Positions 1 through 11,694 of a stretch of 49,292 bases of DNA are shown here, piece after piece. The DNA is taken from positions 1 to 49,292 of the forward strand of contig JNEM01008690.1 of assembly GCA_000697335.1 (NCBI GenBank). Reading direction: 5' to 3'. Position 1 is the stretch's first letter, and each line of letters opens with the position of its first letter. The position numbers and the translations under genes were made by a program. The notes beneath the pieces were generated by a model, which did no database searches, was not told the DNA's origin, and was given only the letters and a program-made list of their open reading frames with translations. Source of the stretch: Conidiobolus incongruus B7586 (lineage: Eukaryota).

Positions 1-1139
1 ATTCCACATTTTCTGAGCCATCTGAAGGCAATAATGAATTCTCACCAATTACTGGACCTGCTGCTATACGACCTATCTCTGCTTATACTTTAAGAACCTT
101 TCAAGGATCTCCCGAAGTTCCTAGGTCAATTTATGAACAGTCATTAATAGCATCCAGAACCGAAGAAACCATTAATGCCTTGATTGTAAATGGCCAATTG
201 AAGAATTTGGTTGTGTCGGGTAAGGTTTATCTAACTGTTAATCCAGGAACATCTCAAGAACAGCTATCTGAATTATTTATCAATATTCCAAATAATTCTC
301 ATCAACCTAGTATCTACCCCTCGAAATATCTTGAATTATCCTTACAAGACCCATCACAATACATGTTTGACCACAAAAATACTTCTAAGCTCATTGGAAA
401 AGATACATGTATACTCCAATACTTTATCAAAAAACAAGATAATTTTGAATCTATTCTACCAATGGAAGTTTATTCAGTATTTAACAATCTACCTGATTCT
501 AACAATACTCAATTTTCTATATCCATTATTTTTAACCTTCAAGAATCCAAACCACAATATCTTTGGGATCGATTCATTGTGACTGCTGCGATTTTGGATA
601 TTGATAATAAGTCTGAAAGACCACTTATATATTCTGTACCCATGGCCACTTGGAATGCTTCTGAGCAGACTGCAAGTTGGTCAGTGACTACCACTCATCC
701 TCACTTTACCATATTAGGACAGGCTCAAACTAAATCATCATTCCCAATTAGTATAGACTTTTCACTTCGATCAGAATCATCTTGTATTGGCTTTGGAATT
801 TCTGCTGTTGATAAACAAAATCAACCTGTTTCTTCTGAAATATTCATTCAAGGACCCGTCCAAATATCATCAGGCGTGGTGTTAGTTTCACCTCAAGAAT
901 TTGATCTTAATCAATTGTCGAAATCTAATCAAATTTCATCTCTAACATCTAGTCCCGCTCCAGTTACCGCAAATGGATTATCACAGGAACATGAAACAAA
1001 CTCTACATGTTCGAATAACCAGGGAAAAGAAAACAATGCTGAAACCAAGCAACAAGCTGACCAGATTGAAACATCTCCAGAACAAACTAATGCATCTCCT
1101 GAGGAAACTGATATCAAAGAAACCACCTCCAATAATTAA
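1..1139 (+). CDS. 5'-partial muniscin (Syp1/FCHO-like) protein, C-terminal mu-homology domain plus low-complexity tail
   Basis: The frame is open from position 3 to TAA at 1137-1139. LIASRTEETINALIVNGQLKNLVVSGKVYL resembles the start of the muniscin muHD (S..ETVNA.F.NG......V.GE..L). A WN.....SW segment occurs later. Confidence 0.6.
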   Translation, partial: STFSEPSEGNNEFSPITGPAAIRPISAYTLRTFQGSPEVPRSIYEQSLIASRTEETINALIVNGQLKNLVVSGKVYLTVNPGTSQEQLSELFINIPNNSHQPSIYPSKYLELSLQDPSQYMFDHKNTSKLIGKDTCILQYFIKKQDNFESILPMEVYSVFNNLPDSNNTQFSISIIFNLQESKPQYLWDRFIVTAAILDIDNKSERPLIYSVPMATWNASEQTASWSVTTTHPHFTILGQAQTKSSFPISIDFSLRSESSCIGFGISAVDKQNQPVSSEIFIQGPVQISSGVVLVSPQEFDLNQLSKSNQISSLTSSPAPVTANGLSQEHETNSTCSNNQGKENNAETKQQADQIETSPEQTNASPEETDIKETTSNN

Positions 1140-1313
1140 ATTTTATTCAAAAATTGGTGTTTTTTAAAATGATTTAATTTTTCATTTTCATTTTTTATTT
1201 AATTTTAAAAATCTTTTTAATAAAAACCAATTATTTTAGGTAATTGATGTATTATATAAAACTAATCTCGATAAAACTATCATTTAATTCATTAAAATCC
1301 TAAATTATTTATT

Positions 1314-2194
1314 CTAAAATTCGAATTGATCTTGCTTTAACAATTCAATCATACCAGGAGCCATTCTAGGTTCATTCTTTTCATTTTTAACATATCTAAA
1401 TGGCATGATAGTAGAATCCCTATATAATTATTAATTAATTAGATCATTGATTTTCATATTAATTTTACATTTTGCCTAATTTAATTTCGGGATGGTCAAT
1501 AAATTCAATTTTTTCAAAGGGGACTTTATCCTCAACAATGATTTTACTCACTAAGACTGCTCCATCTGTTGTCATTTGAGCGGTACCTAAATGACGAGCT
1601 ATGGAAAATGAATATTAATTATATCATTATAAATCAAGTAAAAAATTGAATTACTTGGAAAATTGAATTTTCTTAATTCACTCGCTCTGTCACTAAATAT
1701 CCTAATTAGTTTTGATAATTAAATATCAATCAATCAATTACGGGACTAAACATTCCATAGCAATAGTATCTTCATCACCCAAAATGCCACCGAATAGTAA
1801 ATATTCGTATTCAGTATCATCAGTAGTTTGCATTACAGAGCTAGCTTCTTGATCTAATAAGCAAATCTAAATAAACAAACAATGAGCACAAAATCAAAAT
1901 TATTCAAGCATCAATGTAATAATGTATCATACTTTCTCGAAAGGGATGCCCAATTCAGTAACCGATTTCAAATAACAATTTTCCTTCTTAATTTCTGGTG
2001 GCATTTGGTCCAAGTCACCTTCCTTCAAATTGGTGAATATTAAATTCTCGCTACCTACCACTTGGGCCATATGAGCATATTCCAATTTACACCTAACCAT
2101 TGTATAGTTGAATAAATTGAATTTGAATATTTGTAAATTTAATTTTGTACCATGGGTATACTTCATCTTCCATATGCTCAATTATATATTTCAT
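1314..2194 (-). CDS. SFM1: SPOUT-family methyltransferase, Sfm1-like (multi-exon)
   Basis: The spliced translation reads MKYIIEHMEDEVYPW..LEYAHM, ICLLDQEA, YLLFGGILGD, DRASELR, RHLGTAQMTTDGAV, FIDHPEIK, MPFRYV. ATG is at 2194 and TAG at 1316-1314. Confidence 0.88.
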
Positions 2195-2867
2195 TTTTTG
2201 ATCTATTAATCTATAAATTGAATCTAATTAACTTAATTTTTTTATAATTTTTGGCACGTTAATTAATCCTATATTAATGATTTACAAAATTTAAAAATTA
2301 TGGGACTTGAAGGATAAAAGTTGGCAAATTGAAATGTATAATTAATGGCTAATTTTATTGTTCAAAAATTATAAAAAATGATTTTATTAATTTCTAAAAT
2401 TGGAATTTTTTTATATTCTAAATTTAGTAAATACTTTTAGATGATTAAAACTTAAATGATGATATTAAAAAAATTAAAATAAGAAATATGATCCAATAAT
2501 ATATATTATTTGAGATAAATAAAAGATAATCAAATCTATTTTTTATTTTTATTTTTATTTTATAGACTTAAACCTTATAATCAAAAATTATGTAATTTTA
2601 ATGATTTAAATAGTATTTTCAACAAAATTGAACATTAATTAAAATGATATAAAATTAATATTCAAAATATCAAAATTGATGAAACATTTTAAAACCAATT
2701 TGCCAAATTGAATCAATGTTAAATTCAGTATAAAAATTAGTACAGTGACTTGAATTCAAAATTTATGAACAAAAATACCAAAGTTATATAAATTAATACA
2801 TTGTTGTAATATATCATCAACATAATAATAAATAACAATTTAATTTGTATTGTAGTACAATCTCAAA

Positions 2868-3722
2868 ATGAGACTATTTAACCAAAAGGAGAAAGAAGTG
2901 GAAAAGAAGGCTCAGTCAGTGAAGGATGCATCGCTAACTGATCTCGAGAAGGGAGGAATCAGTATGGCAATGATCCCTATTGACGAGGAATTATTCGCTG
3001 TAGAGCCTCAAATTGAAGAACGCGTGAGTTGGAGGATGAAGGCACGTGATTTTATTTGCTCGCCGAGGTTTCAATATACGATGTCTGGTTTAGTCGTTCT
3101 GAATTTAGCACTGAGTATCGGAGAATTCGTTATTAGTATTTTTACGGCTAAGGGTACTGTGAAAGAAGATAATGTAGACGAAATCGAGTTTGCTATATTA
3201 TGTACCAATTTAAGTTTATTGAGTTTTTTCGTTTTGGAAGTTATTGTTCGTGCTGGTCTTATAGGTTTTAAAATCTATTTCAAAGATGGTTGGAACATAC
3301 TGGATTTCTTCATAGTGTCGGTATCTTGTTTGATCGAAGCTATGTACCTGGAGAACAGTTTCAAAGAATTGCAAAAGATTGTAACTGTTGCTATGGCTTT
3401 TCGTTTGTGGAACGCACTCCGTATTGTTCACTTGATCAGTCGTACTCTCGATAATCAGGAACAGGCGAGATTAGACGCTGCAAAAGATCAAAATAAAAAA
3501 CTACAGAATGAATTGTCTGAGATTCAGCGCAAGAACGAGCGTTTAAAGAAGGAGAGAGATAGACATCTCAGCAAAACCAAGAAGATGGAAAGAGAGTTGG
3601 AAATCATTCAAATCAAAACGATTAACTCGTTTCAGCAGTCTTGGCAGAAGATTGTACCACTGACAAGTACAGTTCAAATTAAATCAGGCTTAGTCAAAGA
3701 TAAATCAATTACAAAAAAATAA
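2868..3722 (+). CDS. HVCN1: Hv1-like voltage-sensor-domain protein (S1-S4 plus C-terminal coiled coil, no pore domain), intronless, with atypical selectivity residues
   Basis: S1 is LVVLNLALSIGE, S2 is LSFFVLEV, S3 is WNILDFFIVSVSCLIE and S4 is FRLWNALRIVH. A heptad-rich coiled coil follows. This is the Hv1 architecture. Confidence 0.82.
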   Translation: MRLFNQKEKEVEKKAQSVKDASLTDLEKGGISMAMIPIDEELFAVEPQIEERVSWRMKARDFICSPRFQYTMSGLVVLNLALSIGEFVISIFTAKGTVKEDNVDEIEFAILCTNLSLLSFFVLEVIVRAGLIGFKIYFKDGWNILDFFIVSVSCLIEAMYLENSFKELQKIVTVAMAFRLWNALRIVHLISRTLDNQEQARLDAAKDQNKKLQNELSEIQRKNERLKKERDRHLSKTKKMERELEIIQIKTINSFQQSWQKIVPLTSTVQIKSGLVKDKSITKK

Positions 3723-3775
3723 AAATCAATTAATGAATATGAATTAAATAATGTCCACTGAACATAGTGAATTTA

Positions 3776-6700
3776 TTAGTGAGAAAAATTGGATGTAATA
3801 GTTTTCGTTAAAGGATCATATGTGGATGCAATAGACAGTATGATATTGATATCCGAGGATTGAACCCTAATAAAAATTAGTATAGTTATCATTTAAATAT
3901 CATTGATATGGATCTACCCTATAAAAGAAGCCAATGTAGTATTATCCCAAGTAGAGGCATCTTGGTTCTCTCTAAGTACTGACGATAATAATATACTCTT
4001 ATAATACAACTGTCTCAATCGATCTTCCAAATATTGAACAACCTAACATCAACAATAAGTATTAAATTGAATCAATATCACTCACTTATACTCACAGATT
4101 CTGAAGGCATTCCAAATTGCGACAATTGATGGGTTTCCTGTAAAGTTTCTTGAACGTGATCAGATGGAATTGATCTGAGTATAGATACTGATCTTCCAGG
4201 AGCTTGTCCAAATGATTGATTATCACTAAATATATATATATTAATATCATTAATTTATCTGAATAATAACATATTACTTTGATTGGAAGCTATCATACTC
4301 GATTAAATGTGTTTGCCTAACCAATCATTATTATTTATAACAAAGCTATTTTAGTTGTTTAAAGTTACCAAGTATTCGTATCAGCAACGATACATACAGC
4401 TTTTTTAACTGGCTCGTCATAAGAAAACTAAATAATCATTATTAATTATAAATACTATATAAACATAATATTAGAGTTACTTGAACAGAAGTTTTTAAAT
4501 CATTCTCTAAACTATCAATAAAATCGAATCGAGGTACACCCAACAATACGAAATCAGGCTTATAATGATTACAATAACTCGACATGAGTGATCTTCCATA
4601 AGATTTAGTATACAAAAACTGAGCGTCGGGAGTAGTTGCTAGTTCTTCACTCTCCGCCTGTTGTGATGGTTTGTTGTTTAAATTGGGTGGAAATATTTCC
4701 ACCAATTGGCCTCTATAAATTATCATTAGTGAATTGGTATATATATTTAATTATAAAAAAAATTACTGAGGTAGTGTAAATTCGATAAAATCTGAGCCAT
4801 TTGTAAAATTATCGGATGTTGGTGACGTCGTTTTAACCTCATCGACTTGATCTAATATTAAAAAATTGATAAACATCTAATAAATTACTAATAAAGTACA
4901 AATAAAATTACTAGATCTAGGTTCAGTATCCCTAATCATATTACTTATACTCTGATTATTTTCGGAATTCTCATTATTATTCAAATCTTCTTGAGGATTG
5001 GACAGATTAGACAATTCCAAACCCTTTGTGGACGAATTGGAAGTGGTAGACTTTTTACTGGATATAATGCTGGAGTCTTTATAGCCCACAGGTTTTAAAT
5101 TTTTGAAATCTTCGATGGACCACTTTTCTGAATTGAGTACGATTTCGTTGCAGCGGATAAAATATGTGAGGATGAATAAAATCCGTGATACGAGATCGGA
5201 ATCAGATCCTACAATGATTGTTCTACTGACTTGGGAGATACAACCTACATTTCCATATAAATCGCTGAGTTGAGCCCACAAAGGATTGTAAGACAGTTTC
5301 GTCTTGAGATCTTCTGTTTTATAAGAATTCGCAGGCACTACTGGCACCCATGACAAGTGATGACTCAAAACGTTGGAAATGAGTCCAGATATAAAATAAT
5401 TAGTTTTTTTGGTATCATAATTGGAGATAAGATAGGATAATTCTTTAATCAAAGAATCTGTATATGTAGTGCGATTTTGAGGTAGTGATAAGATATTTAA
5501 CCATAGAGGCTCTTGAATTCTTGGTGTCGTATACAAACTGATTAATTCTTCACGAAATATATTTACCTGGTCCAACAAAGTTTGATTGCTCTGCAATTGA
5601 AAAGCATCTAAAAATACAGTTGCTGGCAAAGACGATGAAGAATACTTTGAATTAAATATCTATACTCAATCCAATTTAAATAATATAAAAATATCATAGC
5701 AAAATAATCTTACGGAATTGCTGCCCGATACTGTACCAATTGAAGATTTGGATTTGGTTGCAAATTCTCTAGAAATGATTTCTTTTGCTAAGGTGTACAA
5801 TTTGTGAATTTTAATTTCTATCAAACTGTAATGTGAGTGTAAGAAATCGCGAAGGTGGCGATTAGTGCCAATATCGATGACGATACCAATAGAAAACATG
5901 GTATGTCTTGCACGTCGATTTATGTTACCCTAAACTCAATTTAATATTATATAATATAACTGTATACATTTGAATATATTACAAAGTCATCATGCTTGGT
6001 ACTGGGTAAAGTGGTGGGGCTAAAAGCACCATTTTCTAAACTAGTCCTGCCAGCTTTCTTGAGTCTCCTATCCAAGTGAATATTGTGGAATGATGATAAA
6101 GAACTCGCGACAGATGTGGATAAAATGTCGTGAATGTTTGAATCTTCTGAATGGTCCGAGTAGGTAATGTCGCTATTTTTGGATTCATAGGACAATGGAT
6201 CGCCCAAATCCGCTAATGATGAATTCATGTTATTGTCAAGTTTATTATTTATTGGAATGGATCTTATGGATTTGGATAATATTGCTTCAATTTCCGATGT
6301 GGTGAGTGAAAATAATAATGTTAATAGTAGCTGAGGTGCTGGTCCGTTAATTGTATGCAACTTGGTGGTGGTGCCTTTGAATGACATGGGTACTGTTCCA
6401 AACATCATATCTCCAATAGGTCCCAAATTATATCTGCGAGGATTTCTTAAAGGTGACTTTTGACTTGTTGGGAATGTGTTGGAACTATTAATAATTAACA
6501 AAATATTTTCATTAATAGTACATACTTTATTCAATTACCTTATTTCCATTTGAGCAGTATCACTAGATTTAGCATTTTCAATACTTTTGGAAACCTGAGT
6601 TAACTGGTCCGAATCGAATAATGCGGTTTTATTTTGGTCACCAGGATCTTGACATATTAAGACTCTAATATCTTGATGTTTAAAATTTGGAACACACCAC

Positions 6701-6827
6701 CTATCTCAATAATTAGTCAAATTAATTAAACAGATATAATGAAGTACTTTTTTGGCTCTAATAAGTTTAAACTTGAATTAGTTTGTGTTGGCTTTATTTC
6801 ATTACTTTTAAATATTTTTTGCCACAT
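3776..6827 (-). CDS. Folliculin-interacting protein (FNIP1/2, Lst4-like), multi-exon
   Basis: FNIP motifs present: IRVLICQD, MMFGTVPMSFKGTTTKLH, HHLSWVPVV, YNPLWAQLSDLYG, ILFILTYFIRCNE, YGRSLMSSYCNHYKPDFVLLG. ATG is at 6827 and TAA at 3778-3776. Confidence 0.88.
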
Positions 6828-7111
6828 TTTTGATGGATTTTATAAAAAAATTTTAATTAAAGAAAAAGAAATAAAGTAATTGAGATTGTACTATAGTGAA
6901 AGAATATTAAAAAATAGTGTTTTAAATAGGTATGGGAATTATTTTAATATAAATTTAACCCTTTTAATTCATAACATTGAATAAGTGTGACAACTAAATA
7001 CAAAATTTCAAAAAATTTTAATTTTTGCATTTAAATCTTTAAAAAACTTTTAATAAATATTATTATTTGCAGTTTTTATAGATATAAAAAATTAAATAAT
7101 TGTAGTATAAT

Positions 7112-7130
7112 TATATATATATATATATAT
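7112..7130. repeat. (TA)n microsatellite
   Basis: The run tatatatatatatatatat is directly visible. Confidence 0.8.
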
Positions 7131-10099
7131 GTATAAACCATTATTCTTGTGGGGTTGATGACAAAGCGTATTTAGTTACATATTGTTAAAGGTGGTATGA
7201 TTGCAATTGATCAAATGACAGTATTTCACTATTTAGTAATTTATAATTCTAGTAATTGAAATTTTAAATATGAATTGATAAGGATTAGCAATTAATTAGT
7301 AAGTTATTTGATTTGAATATATTAAAACTAAGAATAGACTTAATAGTCATTGGAGGGTGATAATAATTATATTATTATTTCACTAATTTCAATATCAAAA
7401 ATTTCGAATTGGTAATTTTTCAAATATGTCATTATCTATAGAAGAATTTTCTATTTTGCAAATATTATTTTATGCAAACAAATTAGATAATTTTTAAATT
7501 TATGATAGAAGTATTTTAAATATTAAGGTTCATTGATATTTTGATAATCATATTTGTTGTATAATAATATTATTAATCTACTTTAAACTATCAAATAAAT
7601 GAACTTGTTCTACTAATAAAGTAATCTCAAAAATATTTTGAATCTGTATAGCTCGAATCAAGTTTAACTTTTACAAATCACAGATGTTGTGTTTTATTCC
7701 AAAGGCTTTATAATTTAATATCAAAATCAATAACCCACAGTAGTTATTATTTATTCCTTTGAAATTAAGATTATAGTAATATTTCAAAGTCGATTACTTT
7801 AAATTTGAATTAATATTAAAAATTGAGAAAATGAATAACTTTTATATAATATCAGTATTAAAAATTAATCGATTTAGAAATAATAGGATATTGCTATATA
7901 ATTTAAAGTTAATCATTACATTTTGTCCAAAGTTGATCAAATTTAATCACCCTTATCCAAGTCCTATATAGAGTCCAGAGACTCTAAGGGGATAGGCCTC
8001 AACGCTAATCCTAGGAGATTGGGCTGATTGATTGTTAGATAGCGAAGTAGTGAGTTTCTAATAGTGTTAATATTTTGACCCATTTTTACATGACATCAAA
8101 GACATTTGAAAATCTTGCTTGATCCAAGTTGCATAGGCAAATATCTACAATTACCACATATTTTTCTCATATGATGCTTGATGTAAATGATTACCTTGCA
8201 CCAAAGGCACTTTCTCATTTTATTAAGTTAGCTTTGTTTAAATCTATAATATGAGTATCTTGACATTGCTCTAACATCTTTACTATTAATACATTTGTTT
8301 ATTCTTATCATTATCTTTTGAGTCTTTAATTCATTAATTAAAACAATGTGATTTTGTTCAATAATGAATTTGGTAATTTTTTGTGTACTTTCAGTGTCTC
8401 TGTACTGTTTTTCATCTATTTTTTTAATCTCTGAATATTTTTTATATACAATTTCCTTTTGAGTTTATTTTATATTTAGCTTATTATTAGCAAAAGAAAC
8501 AAAATAAATTCTTTTATATATTATTTTCATGGTTTGATAAATAGATTAATAGGAGAGTGGTTTTTTATAGTAACTTTTATTTAAAATTAAAAGCTAGAAC
8601 TCCTTTTTCAATAATAATAAATCTAAAGGCTTAGCTATTTTATTAATTAGTAATGGCACCAAAATGAAAAAATGATATTTATCAAGCTTTGACTTGTGAA
8701 TTAAATAATTAAAATTATATTTTTCGGTGATGGCTTAATGTATAAAATTAGATCATTATTAAAAAAATAAAATAAAAAAACAACTGCTTATTGTAATATT
8801 AAGAGTAAATAATAATTTATTAAATTGTACTTAATTTTTATATGAATTGAATTTTACGCTATTTTTTAAATACCATTTATTATTTTATCTTTCAATATTG
8901 TAGAGTTTTGTATTCATTGGTTTTCATACTCAAATCAAAATATGTTCAAACATTTGATTTGAGCATTATTTAATTTGAAATAACATAATATTCAGATTCC
9001 ATGATATATTGATTATATATTTATTATGTTACCCCAAACCAATCCACCAATGGCTATCTTTATTTTGCAAGTTTGAATCAGTTTTGTTTTTTCACACTTT
9101 CTTATATGTTTTTCGATTTTGTTAATTTCTTTTTATTTACTTAGCTAAATATAAATTATGATTTTTTTATTATATTATGTATTTTATTATTGTAATAATG
9201 GGTGGTAAATGATATATCATTTTCCTTTAAAAAAGAATTTAAAATTTTTTTGATATATAATAACTATGCTTGTTTTTTTAGAAATAATATTCAAAAATTA
9301 TTTTTATATATATTAAATTTGATCAAATTTAAATATTTGTAATTATATTATGATTTAGTATCTTAAATGATTTTATATTCAACATTCATTTTTTTCCAGG
9401 CTTTAAACTTATTATTTAAAATTTCTAATAATTTAAAATGTCTCAGATAATATGTTGTTTGATATTTCGATATTGTATTTTTCTTAATTAAAAAGTGATT
9501 TAATATTTCAGACTAAATAAATCTTTAATTTACCTCGATTTGATATGGTTCTAGCTTTTCTAACTTTATAATATCTATATTGATATAATGAGATTCCAAA
9601 TTATTTTTTAATTTCAAAGACAAAAAATTACTGAAAATTATTTATATATAACGACGAATAACTATTATATGTTTGATATTATATTATTTAAAATTTAATA
9701 CTATTCAATAATAATATTCAAGCATTTATATTGCAAATGATAATTAATCTAAGATTACCAGTGTTAAAGTTAAACTGAAATTATATTTATTCATCTAATT
9801 TTATATTATTGGCCAATATAGATTCATATTATTACATTATAAAATTTCAAAATTTTTATTATATTCTTATTGTTGAGATTTATAATAAGATGGTTGATAG
9901 TAAATTTTTTAAATAGTTGATTCATTGTATAATATAATCTATCAAATATTATTGCCTTAACTATCCAATCGAGTTGGACCCTTAATTTTGAAATTTAAAA
10001 TTAGGATTCAATAAAACAATAATTAATTTATCTCAATCCCATAACAATTATTTCAATTAAATGTAGTTAAAAATGATAAAGTCTGAAAATAAAAAAACA

Positions 10100-10350
10100 A
10101 GGACCTTAGTAAGTCCTTAAACTGCTAACACCATTCCATACCCCATAATACCATTTACAATCCCCTCCCACTCTTGAGTATACTGTTATTACTTTGTCCC
10201 CAATAACTCCCAATACAAACAAAACCCTTAACTCTGGAACCGTATCTTTGGATGGATCTCACAAGTTACGGATCAATATATTCTGCAAAATATCGCTTTT
10301 ATTCGTCCTTAGGTCTAATAAAAATCTTCTTCATTCATTCAATAAAAAAA
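10100..10350 (+). mobile_element. Probable degenerate non-LTR retrotransposon 3' fragment
   Basis: The strand is C-rich. With one frameshift it reads TLEYTVIT/CPNNS, similar to the TLEHxxxxCP end of LINE zinc knuckles. It ends in AATAAAAAAA at 10341-10350. Confidence 0.3.
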
Positions 10351-11006
10351 CAGTAATTCAAGCATCTTCGCCGACAGCTCAGCAGTTCATAGACGATACA
10401 GCAACGGAGCTTCCGGTAGACATATGGCCCGTCGAACTCTCCGTAAATTACGGTATTTTAAAGCATCCAAGTATTGCATTGTTGTACTTCCACCAGCGTC
10501 AGAATCGAGTATTCGAAGATGAAATTGAATTTAGAATATACACCGTTTTCGCATTGATAGTGTACCGCCACGACGCTGAGGCAAGGACCATGCTGGATGA
10601 GTATCAGGACATTGACTTAACCCCACTGACATGGTTCCGTCTGGAGGACTTCCCTGCACCATCGCGTGACATGTGTGCGCTTCTACATCAAAGGCACAAT
10701 GGCGATTCCTACTGGGCATACTATATTTCCGGATGATGCATTATTGGCGGATATAGACTAAGCCCTCTTTACTATAGCTCAGACCATGCAGTGATCGCGT
10801 CCAAGTACTCGAGTAAGATATCCAGAGAAGTATCTGCGCCATATGCCCTGGATGTATACTGGGAGACTCATCCCCTGAAATGCCAATTTGTATCCAAGTT
10901 CAAGAGCAATAATAAGGAGGGTGCCGCGTTTGAATCTTTGTTTCCAGCTACTCCCACCCCGGATGATCTGGAACATATAGAGTTATTGCTTCGTCTCGAG
11001 ATTTAA
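10351..11006 (+). pseudogene. GC-richer intronless reading frame of unknown function interrupted by one in-frame TGA
   Basis: ORFs 10194-10736 and 10791-11006 share a frame. The 54 nt between them are open (CIIGGYRLSPLYYSSDHA), so TGA 10734-10736 is the only stop. Confidence 0.45.
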
Positions 11007-11694
11007 AAAAATAAAACACAATACAAACAATAATTTTGGATCCAAGAATTAGATTATTAATTGATCATATTTAAATTTAAATGTCAAAATCCATATTGAG
11101 ATCTAATTTAAACATTTGTTACCATATCAATCACTTTAGGTAATTTTGTATTCATTTGTATTATCTTGAAATTTATTTGAATTCATTCTTCATCTATTAT
11201 TTTAAATACAAATCACACAATTTGTTTATTTGATATATAGTAATTTATTCGATCATTTTAAGTTTATTAAAATGATCCTATACTTTCCATCTCATTTTAA
11301 TTCATTTTTGATATATTACAAAATTTTCAATCAATTATGGACATAGCAGAGTGTAAACAATTATCTTCAATCTAATAACTTGTAATTGTGTATTATTTTA
11401 ATATAAGTATTAGATTTTGAGAAATGTTGAAACCTCAATTATAGAATGATATGGTATTATAATTGACATTTATTAATTATAATATATTAATATAAATGAA
11501 TATTCAATCTTAATTAACTTTTAAGTTTTGTTTCAAATTCATAATTCAAAACCGCATTTTATAAATTCAAGTTAAATTTATGATAAATTACTCTAATTAA
11601 TAACTTTTAACCTTTTTAATTTAGAATTCAATTTAATACTGTAATCTTAATATCCCCAATTAAATATATTCAAAATTCTTTTCATCTAACCCTA

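Noticed and set aside
7930..8530. Slightly GC-richer stretch with a possible decayed minus-strand gene
   Set aside because: All frames I tried have multiple stops and no recognisable motif.
10194..10350. N-terminal part of the 180-aa ORF taken as a real protein start
   Set aside because: It starts at TTG and crosses a compositional boundary at the A-run (10341-10350), so it is probably a chance fusion of two unrelated segments.
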